Part shown: one piece after another, positions 1-6,998 of the stretch | How the letters are laid out: each line of letters starts with the position of its first letter | Position numbering within the stretch: position 1 is the stretch's first letter | Source of the DNA: a virus | Lineage: Duplodnaviria > Heunggongvirae > Uroviricota > Caudoviricetes | Length of the DNA stretch: 6,998 nucleotides | Virus record (IMG/VR): IMGVR_UViG_2740892443_000001 | Reading direction: 5' to 3' (one strand) | The notes under the pieces: model-generated | Database searches by the model: none | What the model saw: the letters and a program-made list of their open reading frames with translations, nothing else | Told to the model about the DNA's origin: nothing | Program-made: the position numbers and the translations under genes

Positions 1-1164
1 TTACGCCTTCTTTATATCCTCCATAATTCCAGAGTGGGACATATTTGGGACATTATCACCAAAAATGTCGTCTATTTTCCTCGCATGCTCTGTCAAATGA
101 TTAGGCGCAAGGTGAGCATACCTACGAACCATTTCTATGGACTCCCATCCGCCCATTTCCTGAAGCACTGATAATGGGACGCCTGACTGAATCAGCCAGC
201 TTGCCCAGGTGTGTCTGAGGTCATGGAAACGGAAATCTTCAATTCCTGCACGACGACAAGCTGATAGCCATGATGTCTTGCTGTCGATGCGCATCTTCCT
301 GACCGCAGGCGTTGATGTTCCATCTGCTCGCTTAGCCGCCTTGGTATGTACAAACACCCATTTGTGATGCTTGCCTATTTGATCACGCAACACTTTACAG
401 GCGGTATCGTTCAGCGCCACACCAATGGCGCGGTTTGATTTGCTCTCTTCTGGATTCACCCAGGCAACTCGTCGCTGCATGTCGATTTGTTGCCATTCCA
501 GATTTATGATGTTCGACTTTCTCAGACCAGTTGCCAGCGCAAACTTGACGACAGATTTCAGTGGTTCGGGGCACTCATCAATAAGGCGTTTTGCTTCCTC
601 CTTTTCCAGCCATCTGACTCGCTTGTTTCTGACCGCTGGTATCTTGATGACAGGCGCTTTTTCCAGCCACTTCCAGTCGCGTTCTGCAGCACGGAGAATG
701 GCCTTTATCATGGCAAGATGCTTTGCCTTTGTCTGAGTTGATACTGGCTTTGGTTCATAAACAGGCGGTTCTTTACCTTTCCTGATGGCGGCCTGAACTT
801 TCTGTTTCCATATTTCTTTCGTCTTTCTGTTATGCATTCTGCTTACAGCAGAGTAAATCTTTGCCTCCGAGATATCTTTAAGCCTTATACCCTCAAAATG
901 TTCAAGCCAGAACTCAATCCGGCTTTTATCTGAATCGAGAGATTTTTTATCAGCTTTTTCCTCAAGCCATCTTAGGCAGGCCTCTTCAAAAGTGACATCA
1001 GGTAAATCCCCTAGCTTTTCTACTCGCCAGAGTTCTGCTTTTCGCTTGTCGTGCAACTCCTGAGCTTGCCGCTTGTCCTTTGTGCCAAGAGATTCCTTAA
1101 TTCGTTTCCCGCCCGGGAGCGAATACGAGGCATACCATATTTCATTTCTGCGGAAGAGTGACAT
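1..1164 (-). CDS. int: Tyrosine-type phage integrase (lambdoid, e14/Rac-like family)
   Basis: 387-codon ORF on the minus strand, ATG at 1164-1162 and TAA at 3-1. An SD-like GAGG lies 7 nt upstream of the ATG (minus-strand sequence TAACAGAGGAAAGAAA-ATG). The translation carries the C-terminal tyrosine-recombinase signature: [10 protein letters not shown] (HxxR box) and VRRYAHL (catalytic Tyr). Overall sequence matches my recollection of E. coli e14 IntE / Rac IntR-type integrases and is unlike lambda Int; not database-verified. Confidence 0.9.
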   Translation of the reverse strand: MSLFRRNEIWYASYSLPGGKRIKESLGTKDKRQAQELHDKRKAELWRVEKLGDLPDVTFEEACLRWLEEKADKKSLDSDKSRIEFWLEHFEGIRLKDISEAKIYSAVSRMHNRKTKEIWKQKVQAAIRKGKEPPVYEPKPVSTQTKAKHLAMIKAILRAAERDWKWLEKAPVIKIPAVRNKRVRWLEKEEAKRLIDECPEPLKSVVKFALATGLRKSNIINLEWQQIDMQRRVAWVNPEESKSNRAIGVALNDTACKVLRDQIGKHHKWVFVHTKAAKRADGTSTPAVRKMRIDSKTSWLSACRRAGIEDFRFHDLRHTWASWLIQSGVPLSVLQEMGGWESIEMVRRYAHLAPNHLTEHARKIDDIFGDNVPNMSHSGIMEDIKKA

Positions 1165-1391
1165 TTTCTTTCCTCTGTTATGCCATCACCCGCGCTCACC
1201 TGGACAGTATGCAGCGGAGACTGAAGCGCCGCAATGCAGGCTTGCCGTGTTGTGAGGTAAGGAGATTTTGGCTTGGTTGGATCTTTACGTGTTGCCTGTA
1301 GGCGGCCTGTTCGTATCCAGTTGGTGGCGGTTGGTCTGGATATCTTAAGAAACTGACAGGCCTCATCGAGTGTGAGGCTGTATGATTCCAT
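1020..1391 (-). CDS. xis: Excisionase (Xis/AlpA-type HTH protein)
   Basis: ATG at 1391-1389 is preceded on the minus strand by GAGAGAGG with a 5-nt spacer. The translation [31 protein letters not shown] shows the helix-turn-helix typical of Xis/AlpA excisionases. It lies directly upstream of int in the same orientation. The ORF stays open to TAG at 1022-1020, overlapping the int start by about 145 bp in another frame, so the 3' end is uncertain. The upstream ATG at 1439 was not used because it lacks an RBS and would lie inside the plus-strand head-gene ORF. Confidence 0.6.
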   Translation of the reverse strand: MESYSLTLDEACQFLKISRPTATNWIRTGRLQATRKDPTKPKSPYLTTRQACIAALQSPLHTVQVSAGDGITEERKCHSSAEMKYGMPRIRSRAGNELRNLLAQRTSGKLRSCTTSEKQNSGE

Positions 1392-1414
1392 GGTTACCTC
1401 TCTCAGGAGGGCGA

Positions 1415-1810
1415 ATGACCAAAGAGACTCAATCAACAACTGTTTCAGCCACTGCTTCGCAGGCTGACGTTACTGACGTGGTGCAAGCGACGGAGGGCGA
1501 AAACGCCAGCGCGGCGCAGCCGGACGTGAACGCGCAGATCACCGCTGCGGTTGCGGCAGAAAACAGCCGCATTATGGGGATCCTCAACTGTGAGGAAGCT
1601 CACGGACGCGAAGAACAGGCACGTGTGCTGGCCGAAACCCCCGGTATGACCGTGGAAACGGCCCGCCGCATTCTGGCAGCTGCACCACAGAGTGCACAGG
1701 CGCGCAGTGACACTGCGCTGGATCGTCTGATGCAGGGGGCACCGGCACCACTGGCTGCAGGTAACCCGGCATCTGATGCCGTTAACGATTTGCTGAACAC
1801 ACCAGTGTAA
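1415..1810 (+). CDS. Nu3: Capsid scaffold Nu3 / C-terminal part of the prohead protease C reading frame (lambda-type)
   Basis: ATG 1415 is preceded by AGGAGG (1405-1410); 131 codons run to TAA at 1808-1810, which ends 9 nt before the D start, the arrangement expected for the nested C/Nu3 frame upstream of D in lambda-type head operons. The product is Ala/Gln/Glu-rich and low in complexity, as scaffolds are. The frame is closed by an in-frame TGA at 1373-1375, so the body of protease C is absent. Whether 1415 is the native Nu3 start or an internal Met cannot be settled from the sequence alone; assignment rests on synteny, not on a recalled sequence match. Confidence 0.6.
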   Translation: MTKETQSTTVSATASQADVTDVVQATEGENASAAQPDVNAQITAAVAAENSRIMGILNCEEAHGREEQARVLAETPGMTVETARRILAAAPQSAQARSDTALDRLMQGAPAPLAAGNPASDAVNDLLNTPV

Positions 1811-1819
1811 GGGATGTTT

Positions 1820-2152
1820 ATGACGAGCAAAGAAACCTTTACCCATTACCAGCCGCTGGGCAACAGTGACCCGGCACATACGGCAACCGCGCCCGGCGGA
1901 TTGAGTGCGAAAGCGCCTGCAATGACCCCGCTGATGCTGGACACCTCCACCCGTAAGCTGGTTGCGTGGGATGGCACCACCGACGGTACTGCCGTTGGCA
2001 TTCTGGCGGTTGATGCTGACCAGACCAGCACCACGCTGACGTTCTACAAGTCCGGCACGTTCCGTTATGAGGATGTGCTCTGGCCGGAGGCTGCCAGCGA
2101 CGAGACGAAAAAACGGACCGCGTTTGCCGGAACGGCAATCAGCATCGTTTAA
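1820..2152 (+). CDS. D: Head decoration protein (lambda gpD-like)
   Basis: 110-codon ORF with SD AGGGA (1810-1814) 5 nt upstream of ATG 1820 and TAA at 2150-2152. The translation [43 protein letters not shown]...[36 protein letters not shown] is near-identical to lambda gpD as I recall it. The in-frame ATG at 1814 was rejected because its spacing to the SD is poor. Confidence 0.92.
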   Translation: MTSKETFTHYQPLGNSDPAHTATAPGGLSAKAPAMTPLMLDTSTRKLVAWDGTTDGTAVGILAVDADQTSTTLTFYKSGTFRYEDVLWPEAASDETKKRTAFAGTAISIV

Positions 2153-2170
2153 CCTTACCCTTCATCACTA

Positions 2171-2194
2171 AAGGCCGCCTGTGCGGCTTTTTTT
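2171..2194 (+). terminator. Terminator-like GC hairpin plus T7 run in the D-E intergenic spacer (possible attenuator)
   Basis: Seen directly: GCCGC (2174-2178), loop CTGT, GCGGC (2183-2187), extendable by G-U and A-U pairs at 2171-2173 / 2188-2190, followed by seven T (2188-2194). A second T7 run (2201-2207) lies immediately before the E start codon. Function is not established. Confidence 0.35.
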
Positions 2195-2207
2195 ACGGGA
2201 TTTTTTT

Positions 2208-3083
2208 ATGTCGATGTACACAACCGCCCAGCTGCTGGCGGCAAATGAGCAGAAATTTAAGTTTGATCCGCTGTTTCTGCGTCTCTTTTTCCGTGAGAGC
2301 TATCCCTTTACCACGGAGAAAGTCTATCTCTCACAAATTCCGGGACTGGTAAACATGGCGCTGTACGTTTCGCCGATTGTTTCCGGTGAGGTTATCCGTT
2401 CCCGTGGCGGCTCCACCTCTGAATTTACGCCGGGATATGTCAAACCCAAGCATGAGGTGAATCCGCAGATGACCCTGCGTCGCCTGCCGGATGAAGATCC
2501 GCAGAATCTGGCGGACCCGGCTTACCGCCGCCGTCGCATCATCATGCAGAACATGCGAGACGAAGAGCTGGCCATTGCTCAGGTCGAAGAGATGCAGGCA
2601 GTTTCTGCTGTGCTTAAGGGCAAATACACCATGACCGGTGAAGCCTTCGATCCGGTTGAGGTGGATATGGGCCGCAGTGCGGCGAACAACATCACACAGT
2701 CCGGTGGTACGGAGTGGAGCAAGCGTGACAAGTCCACGTATGACCCGACCGACGATATCGAAGCCTATGCGCTGAACGCCAGCGGCGTGGTGAATATCAT
2801 CGTGTTTGATCCGAAAGGCTGGGCGCTGTTCCGTTCCTTCAAAGCCGTCAAGGAGAAGCTGGATACCCGTCGCGGCTCTCATTCCGAGCTGGAGACAGCG
2901 GTAAAAGACCTGGGCGAAGCGGTGTCCTATAAGGGGATGTATGGCGATACGGCGATCGTCGTGTATTCCGGACAGTACGTGGAAAACGACGTCAAAAAGA
3001 ACTTCCTGCCGGACAACACGATGGTGCTGGGGAACACTCAGGCACGCGGTCTGCGCACCTATCCGGCAGGAAACACTGAATGA
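2208..3083 (+). CDS. E: Major capsid protein (lambda gpE-like), C-terminally truncated at a deletion junction; probably non-functional
   Basis: ATG at 2208 begins MSMYTTAQLLAANEQKFKFDPLFLRLFFRESYPF..., which matches lambda gpE through ...[10 protein letters not shown] (codon 285). The ORF then reads PAGNTE and stops (TGA 3081-3083), giving 291 aa against 341 aa for lambda gpE as I recall it. The GTG at 2181 listed in the ORF track is not the start. The D-to-E spacer of 55 nt matches the lambda arrangement I remember. Confidence 0.85.
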   Translation: MSMYTTAQLLAANEQKFKFDPLFLRLFFRESYPFTTEKVYLSQIPGLVNMALYVSPIVSGEVIRSRGGSTSEFTPGYVKPKHEVNPQMTLRRLPDEDPQNLADPAYRRRRIIMQNMRDEELAIAQVEEMQAVSAVLKGKYTMTGEAFDPVEVDMGRSAANNITQSGGTEWSKRDKSTYDPTDDIEAYALNASGVVNIIVFDPKGWALFRSFKAVKEKLDTRRGSHSELETAVKDLGEAVSYKGMYGDTAIVVYSGQYVENDVKKNFLPDNTMVLGNTQARGLRTYPAGNTE

Positions 3084-3750
3084 ATGCACCCGTGCGGAGC
3101 AGTCGGCCAGCGTGGTGCTCTGGGAAATCGACCTGACAGAGGTCGGTGGAGAACGTTATTTTTTCTGTAATGAGCAGAACGAAAAAGGTGAGCCGGTCAC
3201 CTGGCAGGGGCGACAGTATCAGCCGTATCCCATTCAGGGGAGCGGTTTTGAACTGAATGGCAAAGGCACCAGTACGCGCCCCACGCTGACGGTTTCTAAC
3301 CTGTACGGTATGGTCACCGGGATGGCGGAAGATATGCAGAGTCTGGTCGGCGGAACGGTGGTCCGGCGTAAGGTTTACGCCCGTTTTCTGGATGCGGTGA
3401 ACTTCGTCAACGGAAACAGTGACGCCGATCCGGAGCAGGAGGTGATCAGCCGCTGGCGCATCGAGCAGTGCAGCGAACTGAGCGCGGTCAGTGCCTCTTT
3501 TGTACTGTCCACGCCGACGGAAACGGACGGTGCCGTTTTTCCGGGACGTATCATGCTGGCCAACACCTGCACCTGGACCTATCGCGGTGATGAGTGCGGT
3601 TATAGCGGTCCGGCGGTCGCGGATGAATATGATCAGCCGACGTCCGATATCACGAAGGATAAATGCAGCAAATGCCTGAGCGGCTGTAAGTTTCGCAATA
3701 ACGTCGGCAACTTTGGCGGCTTCCTTTCCATTAACAAACTTTCGCAGTGA
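2941..3750 (+). CDS. L: Tail-tip protein L (lambda gpL-like) lacking its native start; ORF opens from an ATG inside E in a different frame (fusion ORF, likely pseudogene-like)
   Basis: From about 3061 the translation [69 protein letters not shown]...[28 protein letters not shown] matches lambda gpL from residue 4 to its C-terminus, including the Cys cluster; stop TGA at 3748-3750. The native first three codons (MQD) are absent. The only upstream in-frame ATG is 2941, which has an AAGGGG 4 nt upstream and adds about 40 non-native residues translated from the E gene in an alternative frame. Confidence 0.6.
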   Translation: MAIRRSSCIPDSTWKTTSKRTSCRTTRWCWGTLRHAVCAPIRQETLNECTRAEQSASVVLWEIDLTEVGGERYFFCNEQNEKGEPVTWQGRQYQPYPIQGSGFELNGKGTSTRPTLTVSNLYGMVTGMAEDMQSLVGGTVVRRKVYARFLDAVNFVNGNSDADPEQEVISRWRIEQCSELSAVSASFVLSTPTETDGAVFPGRIMLANTCTWTYRGDECGYSGPAVADEYDQPTSDITKDKCSKCLSGCKFRNNVGNFGGFLSINKLSQ

Positions 3751-5735
3751 ATCCCATGACAGAGACAGAATCAGCGATTCTGGCGCACGCCCGGCGATGT
3801 GCGCCAGCGGAGTCGTGCGGCTTCGTGGTGAGAACACCGGAGGGGGAAAGATATTTTCCCTGCGTGAATAAGGGACGCTTCCTGAACAACATTAACGCGG
3901 TCAGTAAAACAGACTTTGCTGATAAGCGTGGTATGCGTTATGTGCGGGTTAACGCTCCTGCAGGTGCAACATCTGGAAAATATTACCCTGTTGTTGTTAT
4001 GCGTTCTGCTGGCTCAGTAAGCGAACTGGCATCAAGGGTCATTATCACCACGGCAACGCGAACCGCAGGCGATCCGATGAATAACTGCGAGTTTAACGGA
4101 TTTGTTATGCCTGGTGGCTGGACTGACAGGGGGCGTTATGCTTATGGAATGTTCTGGCAATATCAAAACAATGAACGAGCCATCCACTCAATAATGATGA
4201 GTAATAAGGGCGATGATTTGCGCTCTGTGTTCTATGTTGATGGCGCTGCTTTCCCTGTTTTTGCGTTTATCGAAGATGGCCTGTCAATATCCGCACCTGG
4301 TGCTGATCTCGTTGTTAATGATACGACCTATAAGTTTGGGGCAACAAATCCGGCGACTGAATGTATCGCGGCGGACGTTATCCTTGATTTTAAGAGTGGG
4401 CGTGGTTTTTATGAGTCTCATTCGTTAATCGTTAACGATAACTTGTCGTGCAAAAAACTTTTTGCCACAGACGAAATTGTAGCGCGTGGTGGTAATCAGA
4501 TTCGAATGATAGGTGGGGAGTATGGGGCATTATGGCGTAATGATGGCGCTAAAACTTACCTGCTGCTTACCAATCAAGGTGATGTTTATGGTGGCTGGAA
4601 TACATTAAGACCGTTTGCTATTGATAACGCAACCGGCGAACTGGTTATTGGAACCAAACTGTCCGCAAGTCTGAACGGTAATGCATTAACAGCAACAAAG
4701 CTGCAAACGCCAAGACGGGTTTCTGGTGTTGAGTTTGATGGTTCCAAAGATATTACTTTAACCGCCGCGCATGTGGCTGCTTTTGCCAGAAGGGCAACGG
4801 ATACATATGCCGATGCGGATGGTGGCGTTCCCTGGAATGCCGAATCAGGCGCTTATAATGTCACCCGCTCTGGCGACAGCTATATTCTGGTTAACTTCTA
4901 TACCGGAGTCGGAAGTTGCCGGACCTTGCAGATGAAGGCGCATTACAGAAATGGTGGTCTGTTCTACCGTTCTTCAAGAGACGGTTATGGTTTTGAGGAT
5001 GACTGGGCAGAAGTTTATACCTCGAAAAATCTTCCACCAGAAAGCTACCCAGTCGGCGCACCAATCCCGTGGCCATCAGATACCGTTCCGTCTGGTTATG
5101 CCCTGATGCAGGGGCAGACTTTTGACAAATCTGCTTACCCGAAACTTGCAGCCGCTTATCCGTCAGGCGTGATCCCTGATATGCGTGGCTGGACGATTAA
5201 GGGCAAACCTGCCAGTGGTCGGGCCGTATTGTCTCAGGAACAGGACGGCATTAAATCGCATACCCACAGCGCCAGCGCATCCAGTACAGATTTGGGGACG
5301 AAAACCACATCGTCGTTTGATTACGGCACTAAATCCACGAATAACACTGGTGCGCATACCCATAGTTTAAGTGGCAGCACGAATGCAGCTGGTAATCACA
5401 GCCATAGAGATGGCCGTCGATTTAACCCCAGTGTTTTTAAAGATACTTATCAATATGGTTATACAAGCTCAGGTCAAAATACCTGGGGTGTACAAGGCTC
5501 AGTAGGTATGTCTACGGGGTGGTTAGCGAATACCAGTACAGATGGTAATCATAGCCATTCACTGTCCGGCACAGCAGCATCTGCAGGTGCACACGCGCAT
5601 ACTGTCGGTATTGGTGCTCATACGCACTCCGTTGCGATTGGTTCACATGGACACACCATCACCGTTAACGCTGCTGGTAACGCGGAAAACACCGTCAAAA
5701 ACATCGCATTTAACTATATTGTGAGGCTTGCATAA
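3747..5735 (+). CDS. stf: Chimeric side tail fibre protein: gpK-like N-terminal ~40 aa fused in-frame to a tail-fibre shaft and a lambda Stf-like C-terminal tip
   Basis: One uninterrupted ORF, with GTG at 3747 overlapping the L stop (GTGA) and the first ATG at 3756; stop TAA at 5733-5735. The N-terminus [25 protein letters not shown]... fits the MPN/JAB-type start of lambda tail protein K. The middle part (about 3870-5050) is AT-richer and contains a fibre-type motif ([27 protein letters not shown]). The C-terminus from [48 protein letters not shown] through the HxH repeats to ...[18 protein letters not shown] matches the lambda Stf C-terminal region as I recall it. Confidence 0.8.
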   Translation: MNPMTETESAILAHARRCAPAESCGFVVRTPEGERYFPCVNKGRFLNNINAVSKTDFADKRGMRYVRVNAPAGATSGKYYPVVVMRSAGSVSELASRVIITTATRTAGDPMNNCEFNGFVMPGGWTDRGRYAYGMFWQYQNNERAIHSIMMSNKGDDLRSVFYVDGAAFPVFAFIEDGLSISAPGADLVVNDTTYKFGATNPATECIAADVILDFKSGRGFYESHSLIVNDNLSCKKLFATDEIVARGGNQIRMIGGEYGALWRNDGAKTYLLLTNQGDVYGGWNTLRPFAIDNATGELVIGTKLSASLNGNALTATKLQTPRRVSGVEFDGSKDITLTAAHVAAFARRATDTYADADGGVPWNAESGAYNVTRSGDSYILVNFYTGVGSCRTLQMKAHYRNGGLFYRSSRDGYGFEDDWAEVYTSKNLPPESYPVGAPIPWPSDTVPSGYALMQGQTFDKSAYPKLAAAYPSGVIPDMRGWTIKGKPASGRAVLSQEQDGIKSHTHSASASSTDLGTKTTSSFDYGTKSTNNTGAHTHSLSGSTNAAGNHSHRDGRRFNPSVFKDTYQYGYTSSGQNTWGVQGSVGMSTGWLANTSTDGNHSHSLSGTAASAGAHAHTVGIGAHTHSVAIGSHGHTITVNAAGNAENTVKNIAFNYIVRLA

Positions 5736-6310
5736 TGGCATTCAGAATGAGTGAACAACCACGGACCATAAAAATTTATAATCTGCTGGCCGGAACTAAT
5801 GAATTTATTGGTGAAGGTGACGCATATATTCCGCCTCATACAGGTCTGCCAGCAAACAGTACCGATATTGCACCACCAGATATTCCTGCTGGCTTTGTGG
5901 CTGTTTTCAACAGTGATGAGGCATCGTGGCATCTCGTTGAAGATCATCGGGGTAAAACGGTTTATGACGTGGCTTCCGGCGACGCGTTATTTATTTCTGA
6001 ACTCGGTCCGTTACCGAAAAATGTTACCTGGTTATCGCCGGAAGGGGAGTTTCAGAAGTGGAACGGCACAGCCTGGGTGAAGGATACGGAAGCAGAAAAA
6101 CTGTTCCGGATCCGGGAGGCGGAAGAAACAAAAAACAACCTGATGCAGGTAGCCAGTGAGCATATTGCGCCGCTTCAGGATGCTGCAGATCTGGAAATTG
6201 CAACGGAGGAAGAAATCTCGTTGCTGGAAGCATGGAAAAAGTATCGGGTATTGCTGAACCGTGTTGATACGTCAACTGCACAGGATATTGAATGGCCAGC
6301 ACTGCCGTAG
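5735..6310 (+). CDS. tfa: Tail fibre assembly chaperone (lambda Tfa-like)
   Basis: ATG at 5735-5737 overlaps the stf stop (TAATG), implying translational coupling. The translation [93 protein letters not shown]... matches lambda Tfa as I recall it; stop TAG at 6308-6310. The extreme C-terminus may differ slightly from lambda. Confidence 0.9.
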   Translation: MAFRMSEQPRTIKIYNLLAGTNEFIGEGDAYIPPHTGLPANSTDIAPPDIPAGFVAVFNSDEASWHLVEDHRGKTVYDVASGDALFISELGPLPKNVTWLSPEGEFQKWNGTAWVKDTEAEKLFRIREAEETKNNLMQVASEHIAPLQDAADLEIATEEEISLLEAWKKYRVLLNRVDTSTAQDIEWPALP

Positions 6311-6407
6311 GGTAAAACATATAAATTCTATAATTAGATGTATCTTTCCATTTACGGCAAGGAAGGGGGCTTGGAAGACGTAAAGCATCTCACACCGAGA
6401 TTATTTT

Positions 6408-6998
6408 TTATATGTCAGGTGTCTGAAGTTTTGCTTTGGCTCTTAAAATGGTTTGCCGCGAGGTTTTGAATTCCCGGGCAATGGCACTTATACTTACACC
6501 TGACTTAATTCGTTCGAATACCGCCTGTTTCTGTTCTTCATTTAACACAGGTGGTCGACCAAAACGTTTCCCTGCGCCGCGGGCTCTTACTATCCCGGAA
6601 TGAGTGCGTTCAAGTAAAAGGTCTCGTTCAAATTCAGCGACTGCTGAAATTACTTGCATCATCATTTTTCCTGTTGGACTGGTCAGGTCAATGCCCCCCA
6701 ATGCTAAGCAATGCACTCTGATACCTGTTTCGGTCAGTTGTTCCACTGTTTTCCTGATATCCATTGCATTACAACCAAGGCGATCCAGTTTTGTCACAAT
6801 CAATTGATCACCACATTTCAGGCGAGCAAGCAACCGGTTAAAACCAGGACGCTCACTGGTTGCTGCTGAGCCGCTAATGTGTTCTTCGATTATTTGCTGA
6901 GGTTTGATTTTAAAACCTGCACTTTCGATTTCCCGGCGTTGATTTTCGGTGGTCTGATCCAGCGTTGATATCCGACAGTAAGCAAAAATTTGAGACAT
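6408..6998 (-). CDS. Small serine recombinase (resolvase/invertase family) with C-terminal HTH
   Basis: 196-codon minus-strand ORF with its ATG exactly at 6998-6996 (window edge) and TAA at 6410-6408. The translation shows serine-recombinase hallmarks: N-terminal YCRISTLDQ (catalytic Ser), [46 protein letters not shown], and a C-terminal HTH ([18 protein letters not shown]). It is clearly diverged from the Hin/Gin/Pin/Cin invertase cluster and is not PinE/PinR-like from memory. Confidence 0.85.
   Translation of the reverse strand: MSQIFAYCRISTLDQTTENQRREIESAGFKIKPQQIIEEHISGSAATSERPGFNRLLARLKCGDQLIVTKLDRLGCNAMDIRKTVEQLTETGIRVHCLALGGIDLTSPTGKMMMQVISAVAEFERDLLLERTHSGIVRARGAGKRFGRPPVLNEEQKQAVFERIKSGVSISAIAREFKTSRQTILRAKAKLQTPDI

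Noticed and set aside
425-741. Plus-strand ORFs of 103 and 84 codons inside the integrase gene
   Set aside because: They lie antisense within a strongly supported integrase CDS, have no RBS, and give low-complexity translations; typical shadow ORFs.
1382-1414. Alternative start for the scaffold ORF at ATG 1382 ([11 protein letters not shown]...)
   Set aside because: It has no SD and would overlap the xis start and its RBS; ATG 1415 has a canonical AGGAGG.
1445-2138. Minus-strand ORFs (144, 62, 76, 99 and 62 codons) opposite Nu3 and D
   Set aside because: Antisense shadow ORFs in GC-rich coding sequence; Cys/Arg/Pro-rich translations with no recognisable motifs.
2331-3837. Long minus-strand ORFs (252 and 281 codons) opposite E and L
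   Set aside because: They lie opposite genes with near-identical matches to known capsid and tail proteins; the long open antisense frames are expected from GC-rich codon bias.
3747-5735. Diversity-generating retroelement targeting the fibre tip
   Set aside because: There is no reverse transcriptase gene and no template/variable repeat pair in the window.
6329-6334. Perfect TATAAT hexamer in the tfa-recombinase spacer as a possible promoter -10
   Set aside because: No acceptable -35 or extended -10 TG is appropriately spaced, and there is no downstream gene on that strand; a chance occurrence in AT-rich spacer is more likely.
6387-6410. Short inverted repeat ATCTC-acacc-GAGAT followed by a T-rich run, as a possible terminator for the tfa transcript
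   Set aside because: The stem is only 5 bp and AT-containing, and the T-run overlaps the recombinase stop codon; too weak to call without folding-energy calculation.
6311-6998. Hin/Gin-type invertible G-segment system
   Set aside because: The recombinase lacks the high similarity expected within the Hin/Gin/Pin/Cin cluster, and no inverted duplicate of the fibre or chaperone 3' ends or crossover-site repeat is visible in the window.
1-6998. CRISPR arrays, tRNA/rRNA genes, toxin-antitoxin pairs or defence islands
   Set aside because: No regularly spaced direct repeats, no tRNA-like cloverleaf candidates noticed, and all sizeable ORFs are accounted for by phage structural or recombination genes.

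Overview
The window reads as a compact, multiply deleted lambdoid prophage remnant (or mosaic), not an intact phage and not ordinary chromosome. Left to right: a tyrosine integrase and excisionase on the minus strand (AT-rich, e14/Rac-type by recollection); then, with no intergenic gap, GC-rich lambda-type head genes on the plus strand (C/Nu3 tail end, D, and E lacking its C-terminus); an out-of-frame join of E to a tail-tip L gene lacking its first codons; one long tail-fibre ORF that starts like tail protein K, continues through an AT-richer foreign shaft segment and ends in a lambda Stf-like His-rich tip; the tail-fibre chaperone tfa; and a convergent small serine recombinase whose start codon sits on the right window edge. 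Terminase, portal, tail tube/tape-measure, J, lysis and immunity genes are all absent. All homology statements come from reading the translations and from remembered phage lambda and E. coli prophage proteins; nothing was searched against a database. I do not see evidence for a novel defence or regulatory system here. The points most worth a second look are the three in-frame or near-in-frame deletion/fusion junctions, the chimeric tail fibre, and the orphan serine recombinase.
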